Below, piece after piece: positions 29,442 through 30,739 of a stretch of 30,739 bases of DNA. The notes beneath the pieces are model-generated. The model had not been told where the DNA came from. It did no database searches and saw only the letters and a program-made list of their open reading frames with translations. Both the position numbers and the translations under genes were made by a program. Position 1 is the stretch's first letter. Every line of letters begins with the position of its first letter. This stretch comes from Chthoniobacteraceae bacterium (GTDB lineage Bacteria; Verrucomicrobiota; Verrucomicrobiia; Chthoniobacterales; Chthoniobacteraceae): contig JANNWY010000017.1 in the NCBI GenBank assembly GCA_031409335.1, positions 1-30,739 of the forward strand, written 5' to 3'.

Positions 29442-29897
29442 ATGGTCCACGTCCTGGAAAGTTCACAAATCATCCACGCCAGCATTGAGCGCGCATGGGA
29501 TTTCTTTTCCGATCCGCGCAACCTCTCCAAGATCACTCCGACCGAGCTGGATTTCACGGTCCTCTCGAAGCTGCCGGAGCGGATCCATTCGGGCATGATG
29601 ATCGAGTACCGGGTGCGTCCGCTGCTTGGCATTCCCGTGCGCTGGCTGACGGAAATCACGCACGTCGAGGCGGGCAGGTTTTTCGTCGATGAGCAGCGGA
29701 TCGGCCCGTATCACATCTGGCATCACGAGCATCATTTCAAACCGCTCGACGATGAGAGAGTTGAGATTACGGATCGAGTAACTTACGTGCTGCCATTCAG
29801 TCCGTTCGGCGATCTCGCGCATCCGTTTCTGGTGAAGCCGCAACTCGCAAAGATTTTCGCGTTCCGCGAGAAAGCGGTCAACGAGCTGTTTCGCTAA
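29442..29897 (+). CDS. SRPBCC (START/Bet v1-like) family protein
   Basis: WDFFSDPRNLSKITP; WLTEIT; FVDEQRIGPYHIWHHEH; IFAFR; start ATG 29442. Confidence 0.92.
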   Translation: MVHVLESSQIIHASIERAWDFFSDPRNLSKITPTELDFTVLSKLPERIHSGMMIEYRVRPLLGIPVRWLTEITHVEAGRFFVDEQRIGPYHIWHHEHHFKPLDDERVEITDRVTYVLPFSPFGDLAHPFLVKPQLAKIFAFREKAVNELFR

Positions 29898-29966
29898 GAG
29901 CGCAGGTTCGTTGCCGACGATGGCAGCCAGTTTGACATGAATTTTATACTCGCTACAATCGCGGCC

Positions 29967-30599
29967 ATGTCAGCGGCTAACACCTTCACCATTCCTTCCA
30001 TTCCAAGCACGAGTGGAAACCGAAAAGTCGCACTGCTCTGGACTTTGCTCGGGTGCGTCTGGATTCCTGCCAACGCGCTGGCTTTGACCATGGATTTCGT
30101 GCCGGTGGGAAATCCGGGGAACGCTTCCGACCCCGCGAACAGCGGGCTCGTTCCCGGGATTGGCTCGGTCGGACATGCATTCGCAATTGGGGCTTACGAG
30201 GTTACAAATCTCCAATACACCGAGTTTCTGAACAGTGTGGATATGAACGGGATCAACGCGCTCGGATTGTACGATCCCAATATGACGACGGATGCGCGCG
30301 GCGGGATCGTTTTCAGCATCGCGGCTTTCGCGGGCGCGAGGTTTTCGACCAAGAGCGGCTTCGAAAACATGCCGGTGGTGCATGTCAGTTTCTTCGATGC
30401 GGTGCGGTTCACGAATTGGCTCCACAACGGGCTGGGGAATGGCGACACCGAAACCGGGGCTTACACGCTGGCTGGCGGCACGCCCACGCCGGGCAACGCG
30501 GCGACTTTGACTCGGAATTCCGGCGCGCAATTCTGGCTGCCGAGCGAAAGCGAGTGGTTCAAGGCGGCGTATCACCAGCCGGCCAGTCTCGGGGGAGAC
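29967..30599 (+). pseudogene. Secreted FGE-sulfatase (SUMF1/formylglycine-generating-enzyme-like) domain protein, interrupted by IS
   Basis: Manual translation: signal, MDFVPVGNPGN, IGAYEVTNLQYTEFLN, PVVHVSFFDAVRFTNWLHNG, LPSESEWFKAAY; the downstream GNVWEW part is absent; alternative ATG 29937. Confidence 0.85.
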
Positions 30600-30739
30600 G
30601 GGATTGCTCAACAGGTATTGACAACGAGCGGGAGAAGCTGGCAAGCAGAGGGAATGAAATGCCAACATTGTGAAAGTGAGGAAGTGGTCAAGAACGGGAG
30701 CAGCCGGCATGGTCGGCAGCGCTGGCTGTGCCGAAGGTG
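30600..30739 (+). mobile_element. IS1-family insertion sequence, left end (truncated by window end)
   Basis: Homology to the host gene stops at GGGATTGCTCAAC (IS1-like GG-N3-TG end); TTGACA at 30618-30623; InsA-like zinc ribbon follows. Confidence 0.78.
30654..30739 (+). CDS. insA: IS1-family transposase InsA N-terminal zinc ribbon (partial)
   Basis: MKCQHCESEEVVKNGSSRHGRQRWLCRR: CxxC..VVKNG..G.QRW.C pattern. Confidence 0.8.
   Translation, partial: MKCQHCESEEVVKNGSSRHGRQRWLCRR

Noticed and set aside
29970..30710. ORF-track calls 29970-30710 (-) and 30053-30673 (+)
   Set aside because: Wrong strand or frame; the real coding frame starts at 29967 (+)

Overview
GC-rich bacterial DNA. Gene content (homodimeric GlyRS, DUF1501, DWG-type Ser/Thr kinase, FGE-sulfatase-like and EEP surface proteins) suggests the PVC superphylum, probably Verrucomicrobiota; this is inference. 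About 31 genes: housekeeping (purL, glyQS, ruvA, family-4 UDG, beta-carbonic anhydrase, FabZ-like dehydratase), signalling (two histidine kinases, an FHA-kinase-TPR-LRR protein, a degenerate ECF-sigma/anti-sigma operon with two lipoproteins), envelope (FadL-like and a second beta-barrel, GT4 plus methyltransferase, CAP-domain protein), and an SDR-lipoprotein-ADP-ribosylglycohydrolase-SRPBCC operon. No rRNA, tRNA or CRISPR was seen. Main oddities: (1) bases 2-91 are an inverted, mostly synonymously diverged second copy of the neighbouring kinase H-box; (2) two heptamer tandem-repeat families around ruvA, one forming a long hairpin and one read as protein; (3) an ECF-like protein that appears to have lost its DNA-binding motifs; (4) an FGE-sulfatase gene, missed by the ORF track, cut by an IS1-family element whose InsA frame is fused in frame; (5) two sigma-54-like promoters. 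No new system is proven from the sequence alone; the sigma-like operon and the repeat/ATP-grasp locus are the best candidates.
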